DNA of 64,000 bases, taken from Lama guanicoe (Eukaryota). The position numbers and the translations under genes are program-made. The stretch is taken from positions 2,701,822 through 2,765,821 of the forward strand of contig MU053472.1 of assembly GCA_013239625.1 (NCBI GenBank). Direction: 5' to 3'. Below are positions 1 through 14,802 of this stretch, piece after piece. The notes beneath the pieces were generated by a model, which did no database searches, was not told the origin of the DNA, and saw nothing but the letters and a program-made list of their open reading frames with translations. Positions within the stretch are counted from its first letter, which is position 1; every line of letters starts with the position of its first letter.

Positions 1-454
1 CAAGTGGTCCAGTTTCTTCAGTAAGTCCTCAAAGGAAGAACTGAGAGGGGATATCTGCAGATGGAGAGATCTAAGAGACGTAATAACCAATCTGTATAGA
101 TTTGACTGAATCTTTACTGAAACAAAACAAAAGCAAAGAAAAAGGAAACAACGGGGAAATGGTCAGCTTTTTAGTTGTGTTGACAGCATGATGGTTACGC
201 TTATGTTTAAACAAGATGACTTAATAATTTTTTGAAGCTGGGCACCTGGTACATGAGGGTTAATTATCCTTACAGGTATGTATGTTGAAATTTTAAAGCA
301 AGTCATCTTGTGCTCCAGGACCAAATCATCATCATCATTATCCCATTCCTTCTCCTCTACTGTCATCCCAAGAAATAGAAAAAGAAACAGTATTTTCTCA
401 AATTCTGAGATGGGAGAAAGACAGGAATTAATACTCATTTATGCATAAACATAT

Positions 455-890
455 TGCTGTGGTTTGAATTGTGTCCCCCCAACATATATACGACAACGTT
501 CTAACCCCCAGTACCTCAGAATGTGACCTTATTTGGAATGAGGGTCATTACAGATTTAATTAGTTAAGGTGAGGTCACACCAGAATAGAGACGGAGCCTA
601 ATTCAATGTGACTAGTGTCCTAATAAAAAAAGGGAAATCTGGACACAGATCTACACACAAGGAGAATGCCACGTGAACATGGAGGCAGAGACAGGGCGAT
701 GTGCCTATAAGCCAAGGAATGCCAAAGACTGCCAGCAAAGGCAGGGGGAGAGGCGTCAGTCTTCTCTCTCTCAGCCCTCAGAGGGAACCAAGCCTGCCAG
801 CACCCTGACCCCAGACTTCTAGCCTCCGTAACTGTGACATAATGAATTTCTGTTGTTCAAGCCACCTAGTTTGACACCTTGTTACAGTAA
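455..890 (+). mobile_element. MLT1-type (MaLR) solo LTR
   Basis: Begins TGCTGTGGTTTGAATTGTGTCCCCC...CCCAGTACCTCAGAATGTGACCTTATTTGGA; ends ...TTCTGTTGTTCAAGCCACCTAGTTTG...GTTACAG, typical MLT1B/C LTR text. Confidence 0.8.
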
Positions 891-1159
891 AGTGAATTTA
901 AAATAGGGTCAGGTAAGCAAAAAAAAAAAAAAAACCCACCAAAATTCCAACTACTTGGAGTATTTCAATATCCTAGGCAACCAACCCAAAAACAGTTTAT
1001 ATAGCCAGCCATCAATTGCTGCAGGCAGTAGTTCTTGAAAAGACTGCACAGAATCAAAATTCTGAAGAAAAGAAGGACAGACCAAAGTTTTTTGAACTGT
1101 TAATGTTTCTGGCCGCTCAGAGATTTTTATTCTAAAAAAGTACCAGGCCCCTCAAGTTA

Positions 1160-1384
<225 letters not shown>

Positions 1385-1403
1385 TCACAAGTACATAAAG
1401 TTA

Positions 1404-1583
<180 letters not shown>

Positions 1584-1800
1584 TTAGCTATTTTTCCTTG
1601 AGAACATATGATTTATTAATTACAACTAAATATTGTTTGGGAATTTAAAGAAAAAAGGAAATAAATTTGTACTCTGCCTGCAAAAAAAATTTTTGTAAGC
1701 TTTTTTTTGTTCAACATCTGTATGAGTCTATATTCAAAAATGAACATTCAGTTCTATTTAAATCCTAATAGTTGAGGCTTATGGTTGAGTGCCTATTTTA

Positions 1801-1917
<117 letters not shown>

Positions 1918-2385
1918 CTAAGGGTAAAAGAGAGTGAGAAAAGTTAGCATATAAAACAATCAGATTTTAAATAAACAGAATTATCCACTTGCTGAACTAG
2001 TCAGTTATGCATAGAGATCAGAAATGTATGCTGTGATACGGGATGACTGCTAAAGACCTGTAGTTTTTAAGCAGTGGCACAGAGGAAGCAGCAGTGTCTT
2101 GAAGGAACAGGGTTTCCTCCATTAACTGGTATGATAATGGGTGAGCCATGTGATTTTATGCTTTACTTTCTCCATCTATAAATAAGAGCAGTATCTGTTT
2201 TACCTCTATGTCACAGGACTGCCATGACATAGATCGTTTAAGTGAAAATATTTATAAAAGTACAGAGGCCATAATACTACTAGTAAAGCACTGGGAGTGT
2301 TAAATTATTAAAAAATAACTTCATTGGTAACCTTTTCAAAAAGCATTTTGAAAACATTTCAAAATAGGAAAGGTTTCTTGCTTTA

Positions 2386-2559
<174 letters not shown>

Positions 2560-2737
2560 CTAAAAATCCACTATCTGCATAGCATCTGAAGTAAAAATTT
2601 AAACACAATACACAGAACCAAACGTTGCTACAGAAAATCTGGCACACTATTACTGAACCTGTTTAGCACACTATTATTACAGGCAACAGTTAGCTATTAC
2701 CCCCACATCAGTAACATTTCTTTCAACATGCAGCTCA

Positions 2738-2842
<105 letters not shown>

Positions 2843-4585
2843 TTACAGATGGTTATTCTGAGAATTCTAAGTATGTGCAAATGTTTGAACATATCATACA
2901 AGACAATCATCTAGTCTTCCACTTTACTTTTTCTGCCTTTTTTTTTTTTGAGATATCAAGAACTAGCAAGGTTCCATCCATAAATGGGATGCTAAACCTT
3001 TAAGGACAGGACATAATTACTTTGGCTAAGGATATAATCTATCTATTTAAGGTTAAAAAAAAGATGAGAAAAAGGTGAAACAGCTTGTCTAAGCGCTGGA
3101 TTTACCTATACCAAGAATCCTTTATCATCCTGAGAAAGTAAGTCCTGCGAAAACTTGAAGTATGGATTAAGTACACAGACCCTAAAGATAGTCTGCATGT
3201 TTTAAATAACGGTGTGACGCTGTACTTCAAACATACAGCTTTTATCACCATGAACTGTGACTTGACAGTTCTTAGAACAGTCTCAGACAGTCACTGTAAC
3301 AACTTGGCTGCTTCTGCCCATGCAGTTCAGAAAAGGAAATGAAACTGCTACATATCATGGAGCCGTTATCTCTGATCCAGACAGTGAACACCTCACCACC
3401 TTACATAAAGAATATTTCAGTTCAAGTTTAGCTTCACTGAACTGTGATGAGCTAGCCACTGGTTCAGCGACCCCGGGGGCCTACTATTCCACATTCCAAG
3501 AAAAGAAAAGGCATGAACTATTAACTCAAATGTAACTGTGTAAAGAAATACGACCATTATTTTCACAGAACCAAGCTTATGGATCAAAGAAGTTCGCTAG
3601 GCACTTTCCTATTCTATCCCTTGCCTTAGAATTCAGAATCAGAATCTAGGTTTGGGGCAAACTGGGAGGATGGGAGACATGTGGATAGAACTGGGAGGGA
3701 GGGAGATACATAGATACCCATGATATACTTGGTTAAGTACAGCATTTCTCCTTAAAAAAAAAAAAAAGGAAAGAAAAGAAACCCCATAATTTGACACATT
3801 TATTCTGGTGTCAGCTGTCTAAAGACCATTTTCTGTTCAAGAATCTAAAACCATTAACTACCTCATGCATCATTTGGTAGACACCTAATAACCAGCAGTT
3901 GCCATCAGCCCCCAGATACCCTGGTGGGCTGGTTGCTCCTTTCGGATGTAAGTGAACACCCCAGATTACTCTCACATAAGTTGAACTGTTTGTAGCAGCG
4001 TGCAGTTGTAATCAAAGCTCACTTTGCTGTACCTATAGCTGTACGGAATATTAGTTGGTGTGATTTGTATACCTGTTGTTACAAACAGCAAGAATAAACT
4101 GATGCCTACTAAACATTTTATTTCCAAGGCTACATCAGATATTTTGGTTCAACTCTAGTCTTTTCCTTTTAAATCGTTTAAATAAAATTATCATCACAAG
4201 TACTGATTTCTAGTACTTACACATTATCATCATTAAAGAAAACTCTATTAGAGTTAAGAGTCATGTTCCAGTTTAAGGAACCAACCAAAATTAGTGTTTG
4301 CACTGGCTTTTGGCTCACCACACTTTATGTAAGGATTTCAAAAGAATGAAAGCTATCAAGAGAAAGAGTTAAACTAGAAAAAGTAGTTGAGTGGCCAGTT
4401 ATCCTCAATTCTCTTTAATCTCATCAACTTTAAGTACTTAAACATTTAAATCTCAGCAAGTATCACGATGCCATAAATTCGGAGAGAGGAATGTAAAATA
4501 ACAGACACATCACTAGAGGGCTTTGAAAATGATCATGACCTGTGTGGGAGGATTTTAAGATGATTATTTACTATAGAACTGTTTA

Positions 4586-4717
<132 letters not shown>

Positions 4718-4889
4718 TTAATACAATTAAAAAGAGTAATCTACTCAAAGCAGTTCAGGTAGGGAACAAAATTCCTTGAAAGAAACAGACATGCACCAAA
4801 GACCAAAATTAGTGGGGGGTGGGGCTGGGTGTGGGGGAAAGAAACAGCACTGAATGCCGCCAAAAGGCGTGAAGACATCGACGTTTCAC

Positions 4890-5004
4890 TCATTTAGCGA
4901 AACTATGAAATGTTTATTTCATCATTAGAGCGTACTGCGAAAACTTCAAAGAACATGCCGAAGTCCAGAAGGCGCCAAACTGTCAGTGTTATGTTTTACT
5001 CCGT
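4890..5004 (-). other. RPS6KB1: Candidate alternative terminal exon (6c-like) with intronic AATAAA at 4913-4918
   Basis: ttcctgcacag acceptor before 5004, AATAAA ~85 nt downstream, then U/GU-rich sequence; short S6K1 isoforms are known to end in intron 6. Confidence 0.5.
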
Positions 5005-5748
5005 CTGTGCAGGAACTGGGCCAGCAGTCATTCAGGTCAGAGCACATTTCTCCCACCCACCCCCAATTTTAAAATCCCACAGGAAACAGGAACTTTGTTA
5101 TTCTCAGAGGTCAAGTCTTAGTTTCGAAAGATACCTTGTAACCTGACCCTGAGAAGCCCATTCATCCCCTACTTAACAAAGCTGCATATTTACATACAGC
5201 TCAGGCCCACAGTAGCTGCCCCCCCTCTCGCCAGCCAGCCCACAACTACAAACTGTGTGACACTCAAATTTATCTACCTCAAAAGAATAAAGGGCTGAGT
5301 CAACCCTGTCTGGATTCGAAAAGCACAAGGCACTGCAATACTGGCTGCATAACAATGCTGCAATCCTGCAGATTACTCCAGGATGGAGAGGGTGTGTCCT
5401 AGAGGACTGAGGCACTTTCACAGCCAGCAGGACCACAAACACGGCTCAGAGAGCCTCCTCCAAAAAAGGGCACTTCATCCCTAAGGCTCTTAAATGCAGC
5501 TTCTGTGTTAGAAAAGGCCTGAAATTAAACAATGGAATGCAGTTTGGTAATTAAGGTAGAAAAAACATTTTAGTGTTTTCTATTCAATTAATGTGTAGGA
5601 TAAACTGATTTATTGCTACCCATACTGTCATCTCACTAAAGGGTGTGTATATCTTTAATCTGAAGCATATGCCATCTTAAGAAATAGGAGGGTAGATCCC
5701 ATCCTGGCCAGCGAATCAATCCACAGATGATGTGCTCAGGCTTATTAC

Positions 5749-5784
5749 CTCCCTAATAAGGCTGCACCTTGGGAACTGGAAAGT
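5749..5784 (-). other. RPS6KB1: Candidate alternative cassette exon (6b-like; TFQFPRCSLIRE)
   Basis: Strong U-rich acceptor ending tgtag and GAG|gtaata donor; 36 nt. Confidence 0.55.
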
Positions 5785-5882
5785 CTACAAAAAAAGAGAT
5801 AATATCTGACACTTTCCACGGTTCCACACATAAAGTTTCACTGGAAAACCACACTCACCCAGAGCCAAGGCAGGCAGCTTAC

Positions 5883-5955
5883 CAATTCAAGGAAAGAAAG
5901 CCCCAGTGAGAATGGTTCTGTTAGGAACTGGTGTGAAGAGCGTTCCACCCAAGGC
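5883..5955 (-). other. RPS6KB1: Candidate alternative cassette exon (6a-like; WPWVERSSHQFLTEPFSLGLSFLEL); second donor extends it to 5859
   Basis: ttcctttgcccccag acceptor; TTG|gtaagc and TGG|gtgagt donors; open frame from exon 6. Confidence 0.65.
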
Positions 5956-6151
5956 CTGGGGGCAAAGGAATGATGTGACCTCTAATAGCTGCCAAGTCCC
6001 AAAGGTGCTTCTCCCCCTAAGAGTCCTAGGTGACTGACTGGCTCCAGAACAATCTATTGAATCATCTGGCTGCCCACAGTAGGAACTGGACTTTGCTTTT
6101 AATTATATAAATTATTACCTGAATCCATGCAACCAGAAAAATTTCACTTAC

Positions 6152-6209
6152 CAGGCTGTGTCTTCCATAAATATTCCCTCTCTTTCTAACTGCATAAATA
6201 ATTCTCCTC
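6152..6209 (-). CDS. RPS6KB1: S6K1 exon 6 (GELFMQLEREGIFMEDTA)
   Basis: cag/gtaagt; 58 nt. Confidence 0.97.
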
Positions 6210-6639
6210 CTGTAAAGAAAATAAAAGACATTAGAAACAAAACAATCTTTATTTCCAACCCATTTCTAATGAGAGGGTTTGTGCTTTTCTTTTGAGCATA
6301 CTTAAAAGACATCAGCCCTTTACAAATAAAAAATACATCCTAAAAATTATAGGCTTAAATCTAAGTCATCAGGATTCCATTTTTAGCAGTGTGTTTATTC
6401 TTATGTGAAATATACAAGTTTTGGATTTCTAGGTTTTATGTCTATAAACTTCCAAATATTTACAGATAGATTCCAGACCTGAGGTTGAAAAAAAAAAAAC
6501 CTTGATTAAAGCGTCTCTAACATTTCACTTGTAAGTAGAAAACTGCTAGTATATAATTAAACCATCCTTGCAAATTAGTAAATGCCCATATTCCATATTT
6601 TCAGAACTCGTAAACTGGATAAACCTGCCAGTGGCCGTG

Positions 6640-7448
6640 TAAATAGCACGGCATAATTTGAGTATCAAAATAGACAATGATAATAAAGGGTTATATTCCA
6701 CTGAATAATCTTAGGATCCATGAGTCCACAATTATGTCAATCAATGAACAGATAAATAAATTACTTTTTTTAATGGGGGAGAAGGGAAAGCTCTTTGTTA
6801 TAACAGAGTATCAAATAACAAATGAAGGAGGCATGAAAGAATAAGAAAAGTCACTTGGCAACCATCACAGTTAACTGTTTAAGGCAAGAATCAATGGATG
6901 CTAAAACTATGTGAAAGTTTGATGAGAGATGAGATATTTAAATAGTTTCAAAGTATCTCAAGATACTTACTAACTACGAAAGGAAAACTTCACCAGGGAA
7001 AAAACTGGCACACACCACCTCATATATATGATCAAAGTTAACATCAACAGTAATGGAACAAAGATATAAATATCATGTACCTCCTGCTCTGACAGAGAAG
7101 GACACAATGTCACTTCGATGGTCCTCCCAAAAATGTATAACCTGAATCTAATCCTGAGGAAACACTAGATAAGCCCAAACTGATGCATTCTACAAAGTAA
7201 CTGGACTGTACTCTTCAAAATGTCAAGGTCATGAAAGACAAAGAAAGACTGAAGAACTGTCCCAGACTACAGGAAACTAAGGAGAGAGATTACAGTATCA
7301 ATGTTAATTTCCTATCTGATAATTTTAATACAGTTATGTAAGATACTGTTGTTAACTTTAGAAAATATACACTGAAGTATTTAGGAGTAAATGTCTGCAA
7401 CACTATCTTACATAGTTCCGAAAAAAATTATGTATATATACATATATA

Positions 7449-7480
<32 letters not shown>

Positions 7481-7660
7481 GTGTGTATATACACACATAT
7501 ATACCTATACAGAGAGGGAGAGAAAGAATGATGAAACAAAACAATTGGGGCAAAATGATAACACTCGGGTAATCTAGGTGAAGAGTAAGCAGAAATTCTT
7601 TGTCCTATTCTTGCAACTTTTTTATGGAAATCTAAAACTATGTTAAAATAAAGTTACAAG
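6640..7660 (+). mobile_element. Old L1 (L1MC/ME-type) 3' region with an internal (TA)n(CA)n microsatellite at ~7430-7510
   Basis: Characteristic text such as TCAAAATGTCAAGGTCATGAAAGACAAAGAAAGACTG; related to the copy at 10090-11850. Confidence 0.65.
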
Positions 7661-8286
7661 AGAAAAATGGCAACAGACAGAAACGTTACTGAATTCTACA
7701 GCTTTCTATTCCATGTTACAAGCTATTGAGAAATCTGCTTTTCAGGAAACTGAAATGTGTTTGCTGGAAATAGATACTTGTGACTGAGAAATGTTCTGGG
7801 GTGCCACAAATTCCCAGGCGGGGCAGGCCCTGGAAAATGTGGATGAGTTCCAATGTAAACTGCAAAATATATCAGTAAGACTACATTGAACAGAACAACT
7901 CTCCTGTTTAAAGATATAATTCCAGAAATACTCAATATCTTAAAGAACACTCTAAGTAAGTTTTCTATTTCAGTTTAAAAGAACACTTTAGTAATTTACT
8001 TAAATTATGTTATCTTACCCAAGTGCAGTCAATTTGATGGCTGTTAATTAGGTGTTTGTTATTTTGTTAAGTGATTACAAAAGGATTAAGATACAATTTT
8101 ACAGATGGGGGAAAAAGACTTAACCTTTACAATTTCCTTCACATTTGTCTGCAAAAAGAAACATGTGGTCAATCATCTGAATTCCTTATATCAATGTATT
8201 TGTCAGTTTTAAGAACTATTTGATCACCTTGGGAAAAAAGCATTTTTCCATTGGAAAATAATGTTTTGACCCAGTTTCTGGAGCTA

Positions 8287-8466
<180 letters not shown>

Positions 8467-9527
8467 CTAAAGGAAAAGAGATGATCTATAAGAACAAAAT
8501 AGTAGACATTTTTACTCTAGTAACGGGAAAATCTATTATCATAGATACTGAGATGGGGTAATGGAAGACAGTTGCTTCTTATATACATCTGCACTGTTTG
8601 GATTTTTTTGCAGTGAACATGTAAATAAAAAGCTAAATAATTTTTTAACGTAAACAGATCAAGTTTATTCATATATTCACTAACTGCTGAATGTCTACTA
8701 TGTTCCAGGCTTTTAACAAGGAAGCAGAACTAACAGAAGGAGTCTCCAGCAGGAGTCCAAAGTCCCAGGAAAGAGAGACAAGTCACTGGAGGTAAGCACA
8801 AGGTGCTACGGGTGAACAGGGGAACAGCATCTGACCTGACAAAAAGTCTTCTTAGAGGTGGTGATACCTAAGCTGTATCATAAAAAGTTATTAAGATGAA
8901 ATGTGGAGGGTAAAAAAAAGGCATTCCCAGCGCAGAAGAGGCTTGACAGGACAGGATGTGTCTAAAGAATCTGTAAGTTGCTCAGTATGGTTAGAAGTGG
9001 TTAGGTGATGAATTAGGCTGGAGATGTAGGTGGAGGCCAGGAAATGGAAGGCCTGGGCATCTAGGCAAAGGCAGCTGAATCTTATTTTAGAGGCCAAGGA
9101 GAAATGTTAACGTAAGGAAAATGAATAACCCTTGGCTTTAAGTAAGACAGGTTTAGCAGCAGTGTGGACAGAATTTAGGGAAGAAATGAAACCAGTTAGG
9201 AGGCCAATAAATGAAACAAAAAGTAAAACCTTTAACTAAGAAAATGAAGATGCGGGGAGGGATAAAGGTGCATAATTAGCACTTGCTGACTTGATACGAG
9301 AAGAAATGATGATATCACGGCTTCTGTGTAAGTAATAGGATAGAGAATGGTGTCATTCAATAATAGGAAATGGAAGCAAAGAAAAAAGTTTTGGGAAAAT
9401 GGTACATTGTTTTGGACATGTGTCTCAGTTCTCTGACTAAGTTCTTGTACACCTCCAGTAACATGAAAAAGCACACAAAGTTATTAGTTGCAGTATTTGT
9501 AAAACTGAAACATTAGAAACAACCTAA

Positions 9528-9800
9528 TTTCAAAATGTAGAATAAACAAGATTATACTGTATAGCACAGGGAAATATACACAAGATCTTGTGGTAGCTCA
9601 CAGAGAAAAAAAACGTAACAATGAATTTAAGTATGCTCATGTATCACTGAAAAATTGTGCTCGACACTGGAATTTGACAGAACTTTGTAAAATGACTATA
9701 ACTCAATAAAAAAATGTAAAAAAAAAAAAAAAAAAAGGAGAACAAAAAAAAAAAAAAAAAAAGGAGAACAAAAAAAAAAAAAAAAAAAGAAAGAAAGAAA
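9528..9800 (+). mobile_element. Young 5'-truncated L1 3' end with long A tail
   Basis: 13-bp target-site duplication AGAAACAACCTAA at 9515-9527 and 9801-9813; AATAAA followed by poly(A). Confidence 0.85.
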
Positions 9801-10089
9801 AGAAACAACCTAAATGCCCACGCAGAGGACACGGGCTGTAAAAAAAAAAAAGGCTATAAAAACAATGAAGAATATCTCTATGAAAGCAAGGTGCAGAAGA
9901 ACATATTTGGCACAGTAGTATACACAGCTACCTTTTGTGTAAGAGAAAATAAGAATACATATAATATGTACCTGCTTATATCTGCAATAATGAACACAAC
10001 TAAGATATGTCAAAAGCTCATGACAGTGGAAAGGCACGAAACTGAATGGGACGTCTGAGTAAAACCTCAATGGTTTTATCATTCCTTTT

Positions 10090-11850
10090 TTTTTCTTACC
10101 TGAATCAAGTATTAGTATTGTGATTATAAAATGGAGAGCTTAAATTCTGAACCACGTTGATGTTTTATACAGTTCAAAAATAAAATTAAGTCAACAAGGA
10201 TGGAGGAGAGAAATAAAATTGAACACAACTGAAATACATGAATTTAATTGACTATGACTTTGATAATTTTACCACAAACGAGAAAAAAGATATTTAAATA
10301 ACTTCACACTGTATACTTTTAGTGACATTTATATAGGTGTAACAAAAATTGCAAAGAAATCTTAAACCATACTTAGTAGGTTTGTAGCTATTAATAGTAT
10401 TGGTATTATAATTCTGAAACTATCATGCATATATTGTACAAGTAAGCAAATGAGTAAATGTACTGATTTTGTTACCAGGCTTTTCTCACTGTGGATAAAC
10501 AGATATGTAAACATGGACTAAGGAAAGAAGAACCCTACAGAATTGGACTGAAATTAAGAACATTAGTATGATGCCATGATTAAAAACAAAACAAAACACT
10601 GAAAGAGCCAGAAACAATGATACTTTAGTAGCAAGGAGCACAGCATGGCCCAGATCTTGTTTTCTCTATCCAAAGAAACCAGGGTTCCATGGAGAAACAG
10701 ATGGTTCTAGGTCAGGGTCAGCGAAAGTACAAGGTAAACCTGGAGTACTCTATTGTACAGAAAGTAAGGAAGAACTCAGAAACTAACAGGGATATGGTAG
10801 AAGGACATGGAAGCCATCTTTATAGCGCTCTCTAGCAAAACCTGGGACAATTTGAGGAACAAAATTTGAATAATGAAAGAAATGGATTATATATTGAAAA
10901 AAGTCCATACTGACTGTTTTTAAAAAACATTAAAAAAAGAAGTACGGAAAGCCCTTCTTTACAGAAGAATGACAACTAACAGAAAAAAACGATAAAAACA
11001 GAAAAGTCTCCACTTTAAAATCACCAGAGTATTATTTTATTTTGATAAGAAACAATGGATGAGAAAACCAGCGGATGTACAAGATTACGAGGGCAGAATA
11101 GTCACAGTCTCTAACTATCATGCCATAGATACTTATTCATTACACAGGGAATTAATCTGTACAACAGGAAATTTGGTGGACACCACCTCAACCCAGTGAT
11201 CAAACTCAGTCTCACCAAAAACGGGGACAGACTAACATTATGTGTCTCTTGAACACATGCACTGAGGACACAATACTCCTGCAAAACGTATTTAACCTAA
11301 ATTAAAAATTTAAGCATTTTCATGAGGAAACAATGAAACATATCCATATGAGGGACACTCTGCAAAACAATTGGCCTGGAGTCTTCAAAAAATGTCAATG
11401 TCATGAAAGACAAAGAAAGTAGGAAATAGCTCTAGAGTAAAGGAAACTGAAGAGACAGGACAACTCAGTGCAATGTGACTAAATCCTAGATATTAAAAAC
11501 AAAACAAAATACCTATAAAGGATATTACTGACACAACTGGGGAAGTCTGAGTATGGACGTGTTAGAAAACAGTATAGTATATCAATGTTAAATTTCCCAA
11601 ATGTGATTATCACATTGCGGTTATATATGAAAATGCCCTTATACTTAAGAGATACATACTAAAGAATTTGAGGGTGAAGTGCCATGTCTACAACTAACTT
11701 TCAAATTGTACAGCAAAAAAAAATTAAAAGTTTTGAATATACACACGTATAGAGAGAAAGAAGAGACAGAGGGAGGAAGGGGAAGACAAAGAAAATACGG
11801 CAAACAATTCACTGTACTATTCTCGCAACTCTTTGGAAAGTGAAAAATGT
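10090..11850 (+). mobile_element. Old L1 (L1MC/ME-type) 3' region
   Basis: A-rich; shares long segments with 6640-7660; boundaries approximate. Confidence 0.55.
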
Positions 11851-14802
11851 CAAAGATGTGTTTTTTTTGACTGCTCAGGTTTGAGTTTTTTAAATAAGTA
11901 ATTCTGAGAAAATTTGAGAAGAAAGGGACTGAGAGATAAGATGAAAAATTAGTAAAGGGGGATCACAGAAGTCGGGGGTACAGAGTTTCAAAATGCTGTG
12001 GTCAACAGCATCAATGCAACAGTGAGGTAAACTAAGGGTGAATTACGTAAATAAAGACCACTGGATTCAGCAATTAGGGAATCAGTGGTGACACAGGGGA
12101 CAAGAGTTTCATTCCAATAGAGTCATTATTTCAAAATGTGAGTGAAAAAATAATAAAACATGACTTCTCAAGAAATTCAGCTATGAAAGGCAGAGACTGG
12201 AAGCTACAATAGACCTCCAGTGAAGGAAGGACCTGTTTTCTAAATGTGGCAAAGATATGGATATATTTAAATAAAGAGAGTAGTCAGGATAGAGGATGGA
12301 AAAAGAGACGAAAGAGAAAAGACCCTGAACAGGCAGAAAGGGACGGGATTCAAATTATAAAGAGAGGGCTTAGCCTTGGAAAGAAGGAGGAACACATCTC
12401 CCACTAAGCCTGGAGAGAAGGAAGTAAAGACAGGTGAAAATGCAGAGCAGTATGGTATTGAGGGTAGGGATTAGAACAGGAAGTCAAGGGGAATCATATC
12501 TGACAGCCTTGAATAAGAGAGGTGGTCTGCTAAAAAGAGTAGAGGGACTGACAGTAAAGGCTCTCACAGTTTTAAAGAACGGAAGGAGTTGTCTAGGGAC
12601 CCGTAGAAAAATGGCTGGTGAGTACCGAGGGTCCACATGAATTGAGAACGATGAATTTGTCCCAGCAGCAATCTAAAAGTTTACGTGATTAGTCATGTTC
12701 AGTAGCTGATATACAGGAATAAAGGAGCATTAACAACCAAAATGATGAAGAGTACAACTATCCTAAACATAACATCAATGGGGATAGCAGGTGACTGAAG
12801 TGGCGGATCGTGTTGATTAGCCTAGACTAGGAATAAACTAAAGTAAGAAAGGGGCTAAGAACTCGAAGGAAAAACACAGACGTCAAAGGACTGAATGGCT
12901 TAGGGCCAAAGACCAGGGAGTAAAGAAGTTGGGGAGATTACTGTTCTGCTATGGTCCGATGTTTCAGAGGTGGAGGACACAGCTTTGGGCACTGGTGAAG
13001 AGGAATGGAGGTGAGGCCTGACGGAGTTGGGATCAACAAGGAATGACAAGGCTAGGTCGCTGACTACTATTTACTGCAAGGACTGTGGAGACACCCGGGA
13101 CCGGGAGACTTGGCAGTGGGGGAAGTAAAGACCGATACAAGACGAGGAAGTGGTACTGGCTTAAAATTCAAAGCAGAAAGGGTCTTGACCACAGAGGAAA
13201 AGGGAAATTGTAAGGATAAGCTTATCAGTCCTTCCCTTGAATCACACAGTCGGCAGAGTGAGAGGCAGAGACTACATCTGACTCAAACGATAAATCCTAG
13301 CACAACGCCTGGCACAATGCAGGAGCTCTGCTGGGTCAATAAAAGGAAGAATCAAAGTATGACCAATTGTGAGCCACAAGCCTTCAGCCAAAAGTTGCAA
13401 AATTTACAGTGTGGGCTCAACTAATGCCATGGGCAACAGTATTTTGCTTCCAGAGTATATTTTTGCTGTGACTGGAATGGTAGAGAGAGAGTTGCTGGAA
13501 ACAGTCCTTTCCTCAACATTCTACCATGAACGAGTACCCAAATGGGACCATTCCCATAATGAGTAAACAATCCCAGGAGAACTGAGAAATCCAGGCAGAT
13601 CGTCCAGATGTAAGCAACTCATTCATGATAAGGGGACATCTGGTTTACTCTGGTTTTATCTTCAAGGCAGTAACGAGGTATATTTTTACCACATACTCAG
13701 GTCAAGAGGGCTGGTACACTCGCTGTGCTTCCAGGATAACGAAATCAGAAGGAAGAAAGTCACAGGGAGTATTCAGTCATCTTACCTAGGAATGTAGGAA
13801 TTAAAACCTTGGACCCAACCTTAGCAACCTTTTCATTCTCATTATTTTTGCTGTGAGCTTATTATCAGGGACAGCAAGGAAAGAATAAGGCAGTACCTGA
13901 TTCTCTAGCCAGGCTCGAGGAAAGAAAAACCCTGACAGTGGAAAGAAATGGTAACTAAGCAAAAGGAGGGGCAAGCAAATTAGCTCTTAGATGCTTGGGC
14001 CCAAAAAGGAGGCCTGACATTTAGCAGTAATTAAGGCTATGGCTTTCTCTACACCACGCCCACTCACTGTAAGTAGGAAAAAAACCCAACACCCTATTCT
14101 TTCCATTAAAGATACCTGTGCCAGAAACATGCTTCACTCAGGACTTAATGATGACCAATTTGGGTCAGCCCTGATTATTAGGCACGTATAAGCAATGTAT
14201 CAAAAGGAATGGATTATTCAAAGCATCTTCACCAGTACTTCTTTCAACATTTCTAGAACAAGCATTATTATACTGTCTCTAATTTTAGGCCTAACATATT
14301 TTACAGATTAAAAAAACCACTAATCTCAAATGATTCCAGTGGGAAGGCCACATAGCAGATTAATTCGGGCTTACTGATGCAGAAATTGAAGTTGAGAATA
14401 TCTAAACTGCTTCTTTAAGACAAACACCAATAAAATTGTGGTCATAGTATCTGTTCCTTGGCTTTTAAATTAAGAAGTCACTTATACCACTTAAACAAAA
14501 ATCAGGAATGAGATAAGGACCAAAATATTACCATCCGTATAATGTTTTAAATGTCATTTAGGTCATCTTTTAATAAAGTTTTCTACTAAGATTTGTTTAA
14601 GACAGTGTGATCTTTTCAGAAATCAACCCCTAACAAAAGAACAAGAAGCCAAACTCACATAATCCATCTCCAATAAAACTAGGAAACATATGTAACCCAC
14701 AACTCAAAAAGTGAAGACAGAATGGAGATAAAGCCATGGTGCATGACTTAGTAGACCGGGGTACAAATGCCTGCAAAGAGGAAAAACTCAAAAGAAACTG
14801 AG

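Noticed and set aside
3405..3480. Possible 76-nt cryptic exon in RPS6KB1 intron 7 (tag ... TAT|gtaagg)
   Set aside because: The pyrimidine tract is separated from the AG and no other support is visible; cannot be distinguished from a pseudo-exon.
3660..3718. ~30-bp imperfect tandem duplication (AACTGGGAGG...GGGAGA...)
   Set aside because: Two copies only; an ordinary local slippage product with no further structure.
9644..9832. Poly-Phe ORF
   Set aside because: Antisense translation of the L1 poly(A) tail.
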